Shown: one piece after another, positions 1-9,764 of the stretch
How positions within the stretch are numbered: the first letter of the stretch is position 1
Layout of the letters: each line of letters starts with the position of its first letter
Source of the DNA: a virus
Lineage: Duplodnaviria; Caudoviricetes
Length of the DNA: 64,000 nucleotides
Direction: 5' to 3' (one strand)
IMG/VR virus record: IMGVR_UViG_3300011890_000001
Coordinates: 32,001 to 96,000 of that record
Translations under genes and position numbers: made by a program
The notes under the pieces: generated by a model
What the model was told of the DNA's origin: nothing
What the model saw: only the letters and a program-made list of their open reading frames with translations
Databases searched by the model: none

Positions 1-1
1 T

Positions 2-424
2 CAGACCAAGAAGCGCCTGACTCTGGGCGTCTGGCGTGATCCGAAGGTCAAGGCACTGGAAACCACCAAGGTGCCGTATCTGTCCACTGAACAGATTCAG
101 AAGTTCTGCATGGATGCCGACGGCGCGATCAACAAGATCAAGGGCGTGATGAGTGCTTACGAGAACTACAGTAAGCGCATCGCTGACACTCTCACCGAAG
201 GTTTGAAGCGTCAGGACGGTCAGAAGGACGAAATCAAGGAAGCGTCCGTGATGGATGCTGTCAACAAGATCAACGCTGTTGGCAATCTCTTCCTGACCGA
301 TCTGGTCCAGTCCTGCTCCGGCCAGGCCTACAACGTCATTGCGTCGTACTGCGTCTGGGCTGAGAAGTCCGCTGCTGCCATCGTTGCAAAGGAAAAGGCC
401 GCCGCGGCTGAAGCTGCCGCGTAA
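2..424 (+). CDS. C-terminal part of a phiKZ-like internal head protein (5' end outside window)
   Basis: Frame open from base 2; 'VPYLSTEQI' segment resembles the 'ALT/LS-x-x-Q/EI' segment of the other head-protein paralogs in the window. Confidence 0.6.
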   Translation, partial: QTKKRLTLGVWRDPKVKALETTKVPYLSTEQIQKFCMDADGAINKIKGVMSAYENYSKRIADTLTEGLKRQDGQKDEIKEASVMDAVNKINAVGNLFLTDLVQSCSGQAYNVIASYCVWAEKSAAAIVAKEKAAAAEAAA

Positions 425-432
425 TTGAAAAC

Positions 433-466
433 GCATAGGGGAGCAGAGCAATCTGCTCCTTTATGC
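433..466 (+). terminator. GC hairpin terminator flanked by GCATA/TTATGC
   Basis: ggagcaga-gcaa-tctgctcc directly after the stop at 424. Confidence 0.75.
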
Positions 467-553
467 TGCAATTCTATGTAAGGCGTACTTTTCCGGTACC
501 TCTGACATTAACTTCGAAGAATGTTAGGGTCCCCATTAACTGAGGTTAGAGCA

Positions 554-2002
554 ATGAACAAACTGCGTCACTCGATGGAGAGCATCAACGCTGCTGCCAT
601 CGACACCAACGTCGAGTCGGGTGCACACATCCGAAAGCTCGCCGTGGCCATGGAAAACCATCTGCGCGAAGTAGGTGATCTCACCGAGTCCTACAGCCTG
701 CTCAATGGAGTGGTGCTCTCGGTCGAATCCATCGAGACTCCCACCAATGTCCATTTCCAAAATGCACACCAGATGGTCGCCACGATTGTGGATCGTCATT
801 CACTGTCGATGGAATCCCTGGGTCTGGATGGTCTGGGTCTGGAGCAAGAGAAGTCTGGCGCCTGGGCCAAATTCGTGGCCTTCATCAAGAATCTGCTGAA
901 GATCATCGGCGAGATGCTGAAAAAGGCTAAGGACTTCCTGGCCAAGTTCTTCACCGCCCTGTCGCTGGAAGAAAAGATCGCAATCGCCAAGCTGGGTGAG
1001 GCGACGAAGAAGCTCAAGACCGTGCGTCACGGCATGTCGATGGAAGCTCACGTCGAAGGTCGCCCTGGTCACCACTTCGCAGTTCCGTTCGACGCATCCG
1101 CCAGTACTGGCAGCGCGTTCAAGGGTCTGGGCGTGTCCGGTGGTGGTACTCCGACCATCTCGTTTGCCGACCTGCTGTCGCACCTGAAGACCTTCGATTC
1201 CAAGATGGAAGGTCTGCACAATGACATCGGTGCAAACGCACAGCAGCTGATCAGCGAGCTTCGCGAGATGATTGATCGTCTGTGCGCTGAAGGTGTGGAT
1301 CCGGCGAAGGCCGCCACCGCTGTGTCGGAAGTACAGTCGCAGCTGGAAAACTTCTACGAGACCTTCCGTGACGGCGTTCTGACTTCGCAGTTCGAAAGTC
1401 TGGTGAAGGAAGACGGTACCCTGCCGCTGGCCTTTGACCGCTCGCTGCTGGTTACCCCGAAGCATAAGCGCAGTGCCGACGATGGTGCGTTCACGCCGAA
1501 CGTTGCACTGTCCAGCTACCGCGTCATCCAGATTCCTCGCGAGAAACTGGGCTTCCCGGCAAGCTTCCGTTGGGAGGCCTTTAATCCGGCGGAAGTCGAT
1601 CAGCTGATCGCCCTGACCAAAACGATGCTGGACGACGCTCTGTCCTCCAACGTGAAGACCCAGTGGAAGAAGAACATCGACGGCCTGGCCGTCCTGATGT
1701 CTCAGACCAACGCCAGTTATGTCCGCATGCTGGACCAGGAGTCTATCCCGGCTGAAGTCCGCTCGCTGGCGGGTCGCCTGCTCAACTGTGCCAAGGACCT
1801 GCACCGGTTGGCCGTGATGCCGCATTCTGACCTGGTGTCGGTGAACATGCGCGTGGTGAATTCGCTGATCGAACTGATCAACGACTCTCTGAGCAACCTG
1901 GAGATGTCGGACGGCGCAGAGAAGCGTGCTCGTGACCGTGAGGCGCTGCAGCGCGCTCGCGAGCAGGAAGCCAATTTCGGCAAGCCGCGTAAGCGCGGTT
2001 AA
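554..2002 (+). CDS. phiKZ-like internal head (virion) protein
   Basis: Repeated S/A/G-x-E motifs (SME, AME, SVE, GLE, SLE) in the N-terminal third, then an amphipathic helix (AWAKFVAFIKNLLKIIGEML); GAGGT RBS before ATG 554. Confidence 0.75.
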   Translation: MNKLRHSMESINAAAIDTNVESGAHIRKLAVAMENHLREVGDLTESYSLLNGVVLSVESIETPTNVHFQNAHQMVATIVDRHSLSMESLGLDGLGLEQEKSGAWAKFVAFIKNLLKIIGEMLKKAKDFLAKFFTALSLEEKIAIAKLGEATKKLKTVRHGMSMEAHVEGRPGHHFAVPFDASASTGSAFKGLGVSGGGTPTISFADLLSHLKTFDSKMEGLHNDIGANAQQLISELREMIDRLCAEGVDPAKAATAVSEVQSQLENFYETFRDGVLTSQFESLVKEDGTLPLAFDRSLLVTPKHKRSADDGAFTPNVALSSYRVIQIPREKLGFPASFRWEAFNPAEVDQLIALTKTMLDDALSSNVKTQWKKNIDGLAVLMSQTNASYVRMLDQESIPAEVRSLAGRLLNCAKDLHRLAVMPHSDLVSVNMRVVNSLIELINDSLSNLEMSDGAEKRARDREALQRAREQEANFGKPRKRG

Positions 2003-2065
2003 AAAACATATCTAAGGCGGATGGTATGACTATTCGCCTTAGAGTCTTTTGCAAAGGAAATCTTT

Positions 2066-4240
2066 ATGAGTGCTCCCAGTTACTCTCTTGCCCAGCGCCT
2101 GATCGCCATTGGCGCTCAGCAACGCTTGGCTGCCTCGTTGGAGAACGCCGACGATCTCGACCAAGAATCCTTGGACGAAGTCGCACGCAAGGCTGCCGAG
2201 TCCATGCCGGGCGAATCCACCGAAACCACCCCGCCCGCTGAAGAAGGCGGCGAAACCGCTGCGCCGGAAGTTGGCGATACTGGCGAGGCAGCTCCCGATG
2301 AAACCGCCGCTCCCGCCGAGGGCGAAGCTGCACCGGAAGCCGAACTGTCGCTCGACGACACCCCGCCGGCCGAAGAAGGTACGGAAGCCGACCCGACTGC
2401 CGAGCAGATCGAAACCCCGACTGAGCAGGTCGTGGAAGATCTGAGCGAGACCGGCGAAGCTGAAGATACCGCGGTGGCTGACGCTGCCGTTGCGGAAGCC
2501 GGTGAAGCCACTGCCGATCCGATTCCGGAAACCGCACCGGCTGAATCAACCGAAGTGGAAGCCGCCGCAGCCGCGGCTGAACCGCCCGCTCCCGCTGCCG
2601 ACGATTCCGCGGCCGTGGCGGAGCCCCAGCCGGCCGAGTCGGCCGACGCTGGTGCCGCTGCTCTGACCGCAGACGCAGAACAGGCTGAACCGGCTCAGCA
2701 GGCTGCTGAGGCACCCAGCGCAAGTCAGGACAGCGAAGCTGCTCTGAACGTGGCTGACGTGCTGGAAGCTGTTGCTTCGGCGCGCAATGCGCAGGAAGTG
2801 GTCGAACAAGCCCGTGAGACTTCCGACTCTCTGACCGACATCGGCGAGACCGTGTCGGCCATCAATGAGAAAGGCGGCGCCTCGATGGAAACCTACGCGA
2901 TGCTGATTCACGCTGTGGGTCATCACGAACGTGTCCTGGGTCGCAGTCTGCTCAACAGCGTCTCGCTGGAAAGCTTCGCCGCCCGTCCGCGCACTGTCAG
3001 TCTGGAGTCGATCGCTGACGCCGTCCGCGAACTGGAAGGTAACCTCCCGGTGATGGAACGTCAGGCAGTCGAAAGCCTGGATCGCATTCGTGACAGCGTG
3101 CTGACTGCCCTGCCGCAGATCCGCGCGCGTCTGCACGACGTGATCTCCCAAGCCGGTCTGGTGAACGGAGCTGGTGGTCATGACCTGCAGCTGGAAGGTG
3201 GTTTGGCCGCTGCCATGTCGGTTGATGGCGCACTGCCTGAAAACCTGAATGAGGTTCTGATCTCCTATACCGACCTGGGTTCCCGTATTCTGGGTCGCTA
3301 CAGTGAGACGGCATTCCGTTCTGCACGCGAAGCTTCCATGCTGAACAATGCGGTGGACTTCTCCTCGCTGTCGGCATTCTGGGAGCGCATGGGTCCGAAG
3401 GTGCTGGCTATCCGCGATCCGCGTCACGAGCTGACGACCGATCATCTGGTCAAGAGTCTGCCGGGCGGTAGCCGTCTGTTCGACAACACTCCTGCGGTTT
3501 CTGCCGCAGAGGGTTCCGAGGCTCTGTCCGCAGTGGTGCGCTTCACCACCGAGAACATGCCGATGGAAGCTTCTGTTCTGTCGACCTCGATCTCCGGCGG
3601 CGTTACCAAGGCGCTCTCCTGCTCCATGATCGTACATATCGCGCAGCGCCTTCTGGAGGTGCTGGACGAGTGCAAGATCAAGGCGGTCTTTGCTGAGGGC
3701 ACCAAGCTGTGGCCTGAAGCTCAGGACTCGGTGCGATTCCTGCGGGAAACCTTCCGTGACGGTCCGGATGATGTGGTCAACGACCCGTCGGGTCACCTGC
3801 ACCAGATCATCAAGTTCGTCGAAACGGCGTACTCGCTGACCACCTGGCCGATCGTCAACTACCTGGCCAACGCAATCATCACTGCCAATGCGTTCGTCAC
3901 TCTGGCTGCAGAGTCGATGAAGCCGGAAGAGGCCCCGGTCGCTGACCCTGGCGTGATTCAGCAGGACGCTGTGGTCGACGAAGCACCGCCTGTGGAAGAA
4001 CCGGTACTGGAGACTCCGGTGGAAGAAACCCCGGCCGAAACCGCGGACCTGGACCCGGCTGCTGGCGAGTCCGAGGCTGACCTCGATACCCCTCCGGAAG
4101 CTGAGGAAGAGGAAATCCCCGAACCCTCGGAAACCTCGACCGACGACCTGGAAGGCGATGACGCTGACCCGGAACTGGATGACTTCGAAGGTGAAGCAAC
4201 CGACCTGGACGACGAAGACGAAGAGCAGATCAAGCTCTAA
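2066..4240 (+). CDS. phiKZ-like internal head protein with long acidic low-complexity regions
   Basis: ASLE, ASME and two VSLE motifs; E/A/P/D-rich N- and C-terminal tracts. Confidence 0.7.
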   Translation: MSAPSYSLAQRLIAIGAQQRLAASLENADDLDQESLDEVARKAAESMPGESTETTPPAEEGGETAAPEVGDTGEAAPDETAAPAEGEAAPEAELSLDDTPPAEEGTEADPTAEQIETPTEQVVEDLSETGEAEDTAVADAAVAEAGEATADPIPETAPAESTEVEAAAAAAEPPAPAADDSAAVAEPQPAESADAGAAALTADAEQAEPAQQAAEAPSASQDSEAALNVADVLEAVASARNAQEVVEQARETSDSLTDIGETVSAINEKGGASMETYAMLIHAVGHHERVLGRSLLNSVSLESFAARPRTVSLESIADAVRELEGNLPVMERQAVESLDRIRDSVLTALPQIRARLHDVISQAGLVNGAGGHDLQLEGGLAAAMSVDGALPENLNEVLISYTDLGSRILGRYSETAFRSAREASMLNNAVDFSSLSAFWERMGPKVLAIRDPRHELTTDHLVKSLPGGSRLFDNTPAVSAAEGSEALSAVVRFTTENMPMEASVLSTSISGGVTKALSCSMIVHIAQRLLEVLDECKIKAVFAEGTKLWPEAQDSVRFLRETFRDGPDDVVNDPSGHLHQIIKFVETAYSLTTWPIVNYLANAIITANAFVTLAAESMKPEEAPVADPGVIQQDAVVDEAPPVEEPVLETPVEETPAETADLDPAAGESEADLDTPPEAEEEEIPEPSETSTDDLEGDDADPELDDFEGEATDLDDEDEEQIKL

Positions 4241-4263
4241 GTAACCGTCTGGTTCAGAAAAGT

Positions 4264-4303
4264 GCATGCGGAGGGGGCCACAGGCCCCCTCCGCTTATGC
4301 CGC
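4264..4303 (+). terminator. Hairpin terminator followed by TTATGCCG
   Basis: gcggagggggcc-aca-ggccccctccgc. Confidence 0.75.
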
Positions 4304-4343
4304 TTTTCACATCGTATTTTCTTTTGATGGGAATAACCTAGGT

Positions 4344-4520
4344 TGTAGAACCACCCAGTGCCGCTACATTGCTCAAAGTGCGGGTTGGTTCTACTCTGCC
4401 GGATCTACTCGAATACTTTGGGGAAAGGAGCCATTCGTCTAGATCCATACCTACCAACTTTGTTGACTTGGCCGCTTTAATGGGGAAACCAATTTGAATT
4501 AGGCAAGATCAAACGAAGGA
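4344..4520 (+). ncRNA. Structured RNA candidate (5' leader of ORF 4528 or sRNA)
   Basis: Helices 4345-4353/4386-4394, 4401-4407/4440-4446, 4458-4470/4504-4518; no ORF. Confidence 0.45.
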
Positions 4521-4527
4521 ATTATTT

Positions 4528-4947
4528 ATGCGTCAATTTTTCTCCCACAACAAGAATACCCCCCTGCCTTTGCGTATCACGGTCGAAGAGCCGATGGCTC
4601 GAACGATCGCGCCGCACCACTACACCATCGACGGTTTCGATACCTCCAACAATCGAGCCGCTAGGGCAAGTGGATTTATCCCCAGGCACCGGGAGACGGT
4701 ACTCATTTTTGAAGATGAAGACAATCCGTTTAAGACACCTACCGGTGTTACGGTTGATGCCGTCCTGGCGGTCTTGATCGATCATTTGGATGCCAAGCAA
4801 GGAATGAGTGTAAGACGCTTTAGCCCAGGCTGGCGCGCCTTGGAGCTGTTGCGCGAAGCTCGTGACCTCCTCGATGAAGCCGGCGGAGCGCCGGCCGGGT
4901 TTGACTTTGAGAACCTGAGTCGCGGTAGAAGGAATTCCGCTTTTTAA
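4528..4947 (+). CDS. hypothetical protein
   Basis: ORF with GAAGGA RBS, followed by a terminator hairpin at 4950-4995. Confidence 0.6.
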   Translation: MRQFFSHNKNTPLPLRITVEEPMARTIAPHHYTIDGFDTSNNRAARASGFIPRHRETVLIFEDEDNPFKTPTGVTVDAVLAVLIDHLDAKQGMSVRRFSPGWRALELLREARDLLDEAGGAPAGFDFENLSRGRRNSAF

Positions 4948-5009
4948 TCCATAACTGGCCTCCCAGACCACTGAGGTCTGGGAGGTTTATGCCGCTATTT
5001 GGAAAACGT

Positions 5010-5125
5010 GTGGATTTAAAAAAATCTCGCAACCATATAGTCGTTGTGAGCAAGAGCAGTAATGTTCTTTGAGCTCATTAAACTCTTTTGTCAAACAAGG
5101 AAATAGTACCATGGCTAAGATCAAG
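5010..5125 (+). promoter_or_regulatory. Putative early promoter/leader cassette, copy 1 (diverged)
   Basis: A-tract-TCTCGCAAC-CATATAG-TCGTTGTGAG...TGTCAAACAAGGA...ATGGCTAAGATCAA, related to 27108-27211 and 62662-62765. Confidence 0.7.
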
Positions 5126-5347
5126 AACTTTGCAGGCGCCACTGTTGCTCACGTGAGCCGCAACAAGTGGCGTTATGTCGCCGGTGTCGCCACTGCCGCT
5201 GTGGCGGCCGGTGCTTACGTGATGTTGCGCAATACCCCGGTCGGCACGGTCGCCGAGGCCGCTGCTGACGCGATGCTGGAAGGTGCGGCCGACGCGGGGG
5301 CCGTTGTCGTCACCGCTGCTGAAGCTGCCGCTGAAGCGGTAGCCTAA
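5111..5347 (+). CDS. small Ala-rich membrane-anchored early protein (MAKIK family)
   Basis: MAKIKNF start, one hydrophobic segment, AAGGA RBS. Confidence 0.7.
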   Translation: MAKIKNFAGATVAHVSRNKWRYVAGVATAAVAAGAYVMLRNTPVGTVAEAAADAMLEGAADAGAVVVTAAEAAAEAVA

Positions 5348-5423
5348 CATGGCCGTGCGTAGGGGCCGCCCCGGCCCCTACGCCGGGGTAAGACGACCGC
5401 CTGAAACAGAAAAGGACGAAACA

Positions 5424-5990
5424 ATGTCCAACAGTTCCCGTTCCTGGGGCGACAGCTTTGAACGTCGCCCCGCTCGCCATCGCGGCGGTCGTTTCCAATA
5501 CGACCATGACCGCGACACCGAAACCACCCTCAACCAATCCCAGAAACGCGCCGCTCGTGGCGCACGCAAGGCCGAACCGGCCGAGGACAACAACATGAAC
5601 AACAACGACAACCTGATCGACCGCGCAGCCGAAGCCGCACACAACGCCGCCGCCGAAGCTGCAGGCACCGCCGAAGAAATCCTGCAGGCCACCGGCCGCG
5701 TGGTCGACGACCTGGCAGAGCAGGCCGCCGAAGCGGCCCGCCAGGAAGAGGCGCGCGCTGAGCGCCTCCGCCAGGACAACGACCGCCTCGAAGAGGCGGA
5801 AGCTCGCGACAACGCAAGGACTGGCGGTTGGATGGGCGGTCTGAAGAAGGCAGCCGGTTACGGCGCTGTCATCGGCCTGGCCGGCCTGGCGGCTTACCAT
5901 GTGGTGAAGCTCGCTGCCCGAGCTACCGCCGGCGAAGCTGCTGCCGAAGCAGCCGGCGACGCAGTGCAAGCTGCGTTCATGGGTCGCTGA
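5424..5990 (+). CDS. hypothetical coiled-coil protein with C-terminal TM segment
   Basis: AAGGA RBS; GYGAVIGLAGLAAYHVV hydrophobic stretch; terminator at 5998-6023. Confidence 0.7.
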   Translation: MSNSSRSWGDSFERRPARHRGGRFQYDHDRDTETTLNQSQKRAARGARKAEPAEDNNMNNNDNLIDRAAEAAHNAAAEAAGTAEEILQATGRVVDDLAEQAAEAARQEEARAERLRQDNDRLEEAEARDNARTGGWMGGLKKAAGYGAVIGLAGLAAYHVVKLAARATAGEAAAEAAGDAVQAAFMGR

Positions 5991-6110
5991 CCTAAACGAG
6001 CGGGGGCCCGAAGGCCCCCGCTCTGGTCGGACGTTATTTTTTTTTTCCTTTGACCAAGTCCGATCTTATGACCTATTCACAATAACCCCTACGACACTGG
6101 GAGTTCTAAC

Positions 6111-7781
6111 ATGCCTCGTATTGTTTTGGAGGTACCTCAGACGTACGAGAATATCGTTCGTCCGGTGGCGCTGCAAGTGGGGCGAGATATCCAAAAGATC
6201 CTCAACCTGCCACATGACACGACCGTGCTTTTTCCCGGTCAAGCAGGCGTAGCCCTTACGGCAAACTCTGCAGTGGGTGAGAAAGACCACCAAGCTGTAG
6301 CTACGTTTGGTCACGGCGCACGTCTGCTGATGGAAGTCTCCGAGCGTCCAGTGGAAGACAGGATTCTTGCAACGGCTGTCCATCAGAAAGAGAACCTTCC
6401 TTTTTTCTTTGACAAGAAGTTGAAGGTTCGTATGTACCCGATCTACTCGGGTACGGAGCTGACATTCAATCTGACCTATCGCGCCCCTAACCGTACGTTG
6501 GCGCGACGCTTCTATGATGAAGTGTTGACCCGAACCGCTGCGGGTCGAGAAGGTATTCTCCATGAGCTGGACTATTGCTACTTGGTGCCCAAGCAGTTTA
6601 TCCAACTGATCGCTCACGTACACACCTTGCGTGAAAACGCGGATGTTGCACCGTACGGTCAAACGCTCGAAGAGTATGCGCGCGAACACTTTGATGCAAA
6701 GGTACGCGACGTAACGGATCTGATTGGCAATGTCTCGTCAGTAGCTATGGGTGAGTTCCAGTCTCAGTCCCAAGGCCACTTCCAGTTTGTTGGCGTGACC
6801 GAAGCAGAAGAGAAAGATAAGGAAAGCGGTACCTATAACGTCACCTTCAGCTATACCTTCACCTTTGACAAAGTGGTTGGTGCCGTAGCTGACTATCCGT
6901 TGCTGGTCCATCAGCAACTGATCGAAGACATTTGGTATAGCGAACCACACGCCAGCGGACAACTGACCGATCCGGCGCGTCGTCAGCGTGCTCCTAGCCA
7001 CTCTCGTTGGGTCTTTGATTATTTCGCCCGTGGGTTGTTTCCGAACCTGTGTCGGAAGCGTTGCATGGACGGTATCGTCATTCCTGAATTCGACGACTGG
7101 TCGGCGGGTGCGGTGATTGGCCCAACCTCTACCGTTTTTGTCGGTATGCTCGGATTGTCCAAGGACGACCCGCAAGCTCTATTGACACTGAGTGAGGATC
7201 TGGGCGGTTTTGAGATCGACGCTGACGTACTAGAGTTCATGCGTAAGGAAGCGCCGTACATGGCCATTGAAGGGCAGTCGGTGTTTAACCTGCGGCTGTA
7301 CGAAGGACCGGATCCCATGGATGACGGTTGTGTCGTTGTAGATCCCGATACCCTGAAGGTTCGTAGTGCGTTTGAGATCGACCTGCGAGAGATCTATCAC
7401 TTGCGGTTGTCGATCGTGCATGATCTGAAGTCCCTGACTCAAAGTGCCTGGGACCGTTTGCGTGGCGGTGGTGTGGCGGCAGTGAAAATTGTCAATGCTC
7501 TTCAGCGCAAGGTCACTAACCAGTACTTCTCACCTAAGCTGCTCAGTGGCTATCTCATCAGTAATGCCGATATGGAGTACATCGCTGAACGGGTGAATCG
7601 CGCCAAGGGTATCTACCACGGCGATCCTGAGTATGTGATGCTTACGGTCAACGAAGTACTAATCGAAGCAGGACGGAGTTCAGAAAATGAGTCTCATCAA
7701 AGCAACACCCAAGGCGCCTCCGGTGAAGGATCCGGTGAAGGTGCACATCCACTCACCCCTGCAGAAGACTGCGACTGTTGA
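6111..7781 (+). CDS. conserved jumbo-phage virion structural protein
   Basis: Long ORF after a TATG late-promoter-like site; first of an overlapping four-gene block. Confidence 0.6.
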   Translation: MPRIVLEVPQTYENIVRPVALQVGRDIQKILNLPHDTTVLFPGQAGVALTANSAVGEKDHQAVATFGHGARLLMEVSERPVEDRILATAVHQKENLPFFFDKKLKVRMYPIYSGTELTFNLTYRAPNRTLARRFYDEVLTRTAAGREGILHELDYCYLVPKQFIQLIAHVHTLRENADVAPYGQTLEEYAREHFDAKVRDVTDLIGNVSSVAMGEFQSQSQGHFQFVGVTEAEEKDKESGTYNVTFSYTFTFDKVVGAVADYPLLVHQQLIEDIWYSEPHASGQLTDPARRQRAPSHSRWVFDYFARGLFPNLCRKRCMDGIVIPEFDDWSAGAVIGPTSTVFVGMLGLSKDDPQALLTLSEDLGGFEIDADVLEFMRKEAPYMAIEGQSVFNLRLYEGPDPMDDGCVVVDPDTLKVRSAFEIDLREIYHLRLSIVHDLKSLTQSAWDRLRGGGVAAVKIVNALQRKVTNQYFSPKLLSGYLISNADMEYIAERVNRAKGIYHGDPEYVMLTVNEVLIEAGRSSENESHQSNTQGASGEGSGEGAHPLTPAEDCDC

Positions 7782-9093
7782 TACGACCTACACGCCGCGC
7801 GCATCGCTGCTTCAGTATGTCGACGGTAGTCGCTGGGAAGTAACTTACTACTCGCAGGTACTGGGTGCAGATAGCGAACCGGGTCCTTGGCAGCTCAACC
7901 GCAGCCCCACTGATCAGCAGTATGCAAAGATCACCCAGTTCGAATTGCTGGTTACTTCACCGCTGAGTCAGCAGGAAGAAGAACCCGGTCGCAGCTTTAC
8001 GGTTACTGGTACGGCCACCATTGTTCCGACAATGAAGGTCAACGTCGGTGACATGTTTACAGCCGACGCCGGTGACGGTCGTGAGGCGCTGTTTGCCATC
8101 ACGCAGGCTGGCCGCAAGACCTACCTGAAGGACTCGGTATTTGAAGTCGAGTACCAACTTGTCGACTATATCGACAATCGTGCAGAAGTAAAGGCCGACC
8201 TGGATCGTAAGTCGATTCGTCGTCTGGTGTACATGAAGGAATTCCTCACCTGGGGTGAAAACCCCATGGTGTTGGAAGGCACTTATGAAGATCTGCTTGA
8301 TCTTCAGCGGATGGAAAAAGAAATCCTGAATTTCTACCTTCGTGACTTCTACTCGTTGCAGCATCGCACCTTGATTATTCCGGGACAGCAGCTTTCTGCC
8401 TACGATCCGTTCATCGTGCGTATGATCCTGGATATGGTTCCGGCTGAAGACCATCCGTTGATTCAGACCATCGCCAGTCCGGTTGTGAAGGCTAACCGCA
8501 ATAGCGGTAGCTACACGGTACTGGATGCCGTCTTGAACGGTAGTGCCAGTTACATGCAGATGGGCGTCCAGTTTATGCGCCTGATGTCTACGTCCTTCTT
8601 TAAGGGACGCCCCGATATCAGTAGCATTTACTACACCGGCATTAAGTTGGTGGCGTGTCCGCTGGATAACCGCACTGACGTGGACGTGGATTACGAAGGT
8701 TCCTTCAATCCGTGTTCTTGTTCGGCGCAGGAAAGTCTGGTGGGCGGTGTCACCTACGGTACCACTGGCACGCGCTGGAAAGACCTGAGTCGCTATATCC
8801 AGTCCACCAATCTCGACGGCTTCTTTATCCCGCCTACTGACGCACAGATGCCCAGCATCGTCCCCGTCACGGTAGACGAGTACTACATCTTCAGTGAGCC
8901 CTTCTATACCCGTCGTGGAGCTTTTAACTCCAAGCTGGAAGTATTGGCGAAGCAACTGATCGACGAAGAAGCCATCGACACTGTCACGCTTGTTCAGCTG
9001 GCCAAGGAATGCCACCGTTGGCCGAACCTGGAGCGCTTCTATTACGTACCCATCTTGCTGGCATTGATCAAGGTGGCCCTGAGGACCAACTAA
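7687..9093 (+). CDS. conserved jumbo-phage virion structural protein
   Basis: 468-aa ORF overlapping the upstream gene; GGAG RBS. Confidence 0.6.
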   Translation: MSLIKATPKAPPVKDPVKVHIHSPLQKTATVDTTYTPRASLLQYVDGSRWEVTYYSQVLGADSEPGPWQLNRSPTDQQYAKITQFELLVTSPLSQQEEEPGRSFTVTGTATIVPTMKVNVGDMFTADAGDGREALFAITQAGRKTYLKDSVFEVEYQLVDYIDNRAEVKADLDRKSIRRLVYMKEFLTWGENPMVLEGTYEDLLDLQRMEKEILNFYLRDFYSLQHRTLIIPGQQLSAYDPFIVRMILDMVPAEDHPLIQTIASPVVKANRNSGSYTVLDAVLNGSASYMQMGVQFMRLMSTSFFKGRPDISSIYYTGIKLVACPLDNRTDVDVDYEGSFNPCSCSAQESLVGGVTYGTTGTRWKDLSRYIQSTNLDGFFIPPTDAQMPSIVPVTVDEYYIFSEPFYTRRGAFNSKLEVLAKQLIDEEAIDTVTLVQLAKECHRWPNLERFYYVPILLALIKVALRTN

Positions 9094-9764
9094 TGAGTTC
9101 GGATGTCATCACAACGTTTATTCCGAAACGACCACCCAAGAGCGAACACAGCGCAGCTTACAAATGCTTCCATTATCGTTGGGAGGCAGCGGTACCGCAC
9201 TCCTTTACCTACAGCGATAACTACATTCGCTTGGTCGGTGTGGTGGCCACCGAAGACGCAGAGTACGATAAGAACCTGCCGAACACCATGATTGGCGGTC
9301 GCTACACGATCGCCGAACTAGCGGCGTTTCTGGACGAAGGTGCCCCTATCCGTATTGAGAACCCGCAGGACGCTAAGGAGATCTACGAGATCATTGAGCG
9401 TTTGTTGGAGGACTGGAGCATCTACGTGAGCCGCGGCAGTAGCTTTGCTGAGATCGAAGCCCCGATTGATGGTCTGATGCGTTTTACTCGCCTGGCCGAT
9501 GAAGTCAAGGTGCATGCGTCGCGCTTCATCAAGCGCCCCCAGGGCGATGGCTTCCTGCAGCGTCGCTTGCGTGGTCTGTTGGCGAACGGCGAAGTCGGTT
9601 TGCTGCAAAGTCGCCGTGCGTTCCGTCACTTTAAGCCGACGGAGGACGACAAGCAGAAGCAGCTGGAGAAGGATCGGGAGTCAGTACGTGCAGCCACCAA
9701 CCGCCACACCAAACATGTGGACGTGCTGCTACGTGGTCGCGGAGGGGATAGCGAATGGAGCTGA
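9093..9764 (+). CDS. hypothetical (probably virion/late) protein
   Basis: TAATG coupling to the upstream gene. Confidence 0.6.
   Translation: MSSDVITTFIPKRPPKSEHSAAYKCFHYRWEAAVPHSFTYSDNYIRLVGVVATEDAEYDKNLPNTMIGGRYTIAELAAFLDEGAPIRIENPQDAKEIYEIIERLLEDWSIYVSRGSSFAEIEAPIDGLMRFTRLADEVKVHASRFIKRPQGDGFLQRRLRGLLANGEVGLLQSRRAFRHFKPTEDDKQKQLEKDRESVRAATNRHTKHVDVLLRGRGGDSEWS

Noticed and set aside
800-4267. Long minus-strand ORFs (800-1825, 2546-4267), and similar ones opposite thyA, the helicase, MazG, gyrA and ligA
   Set aside because: Antisense shadows of strongly codon-biased genes; no RBS or recognisable motifs
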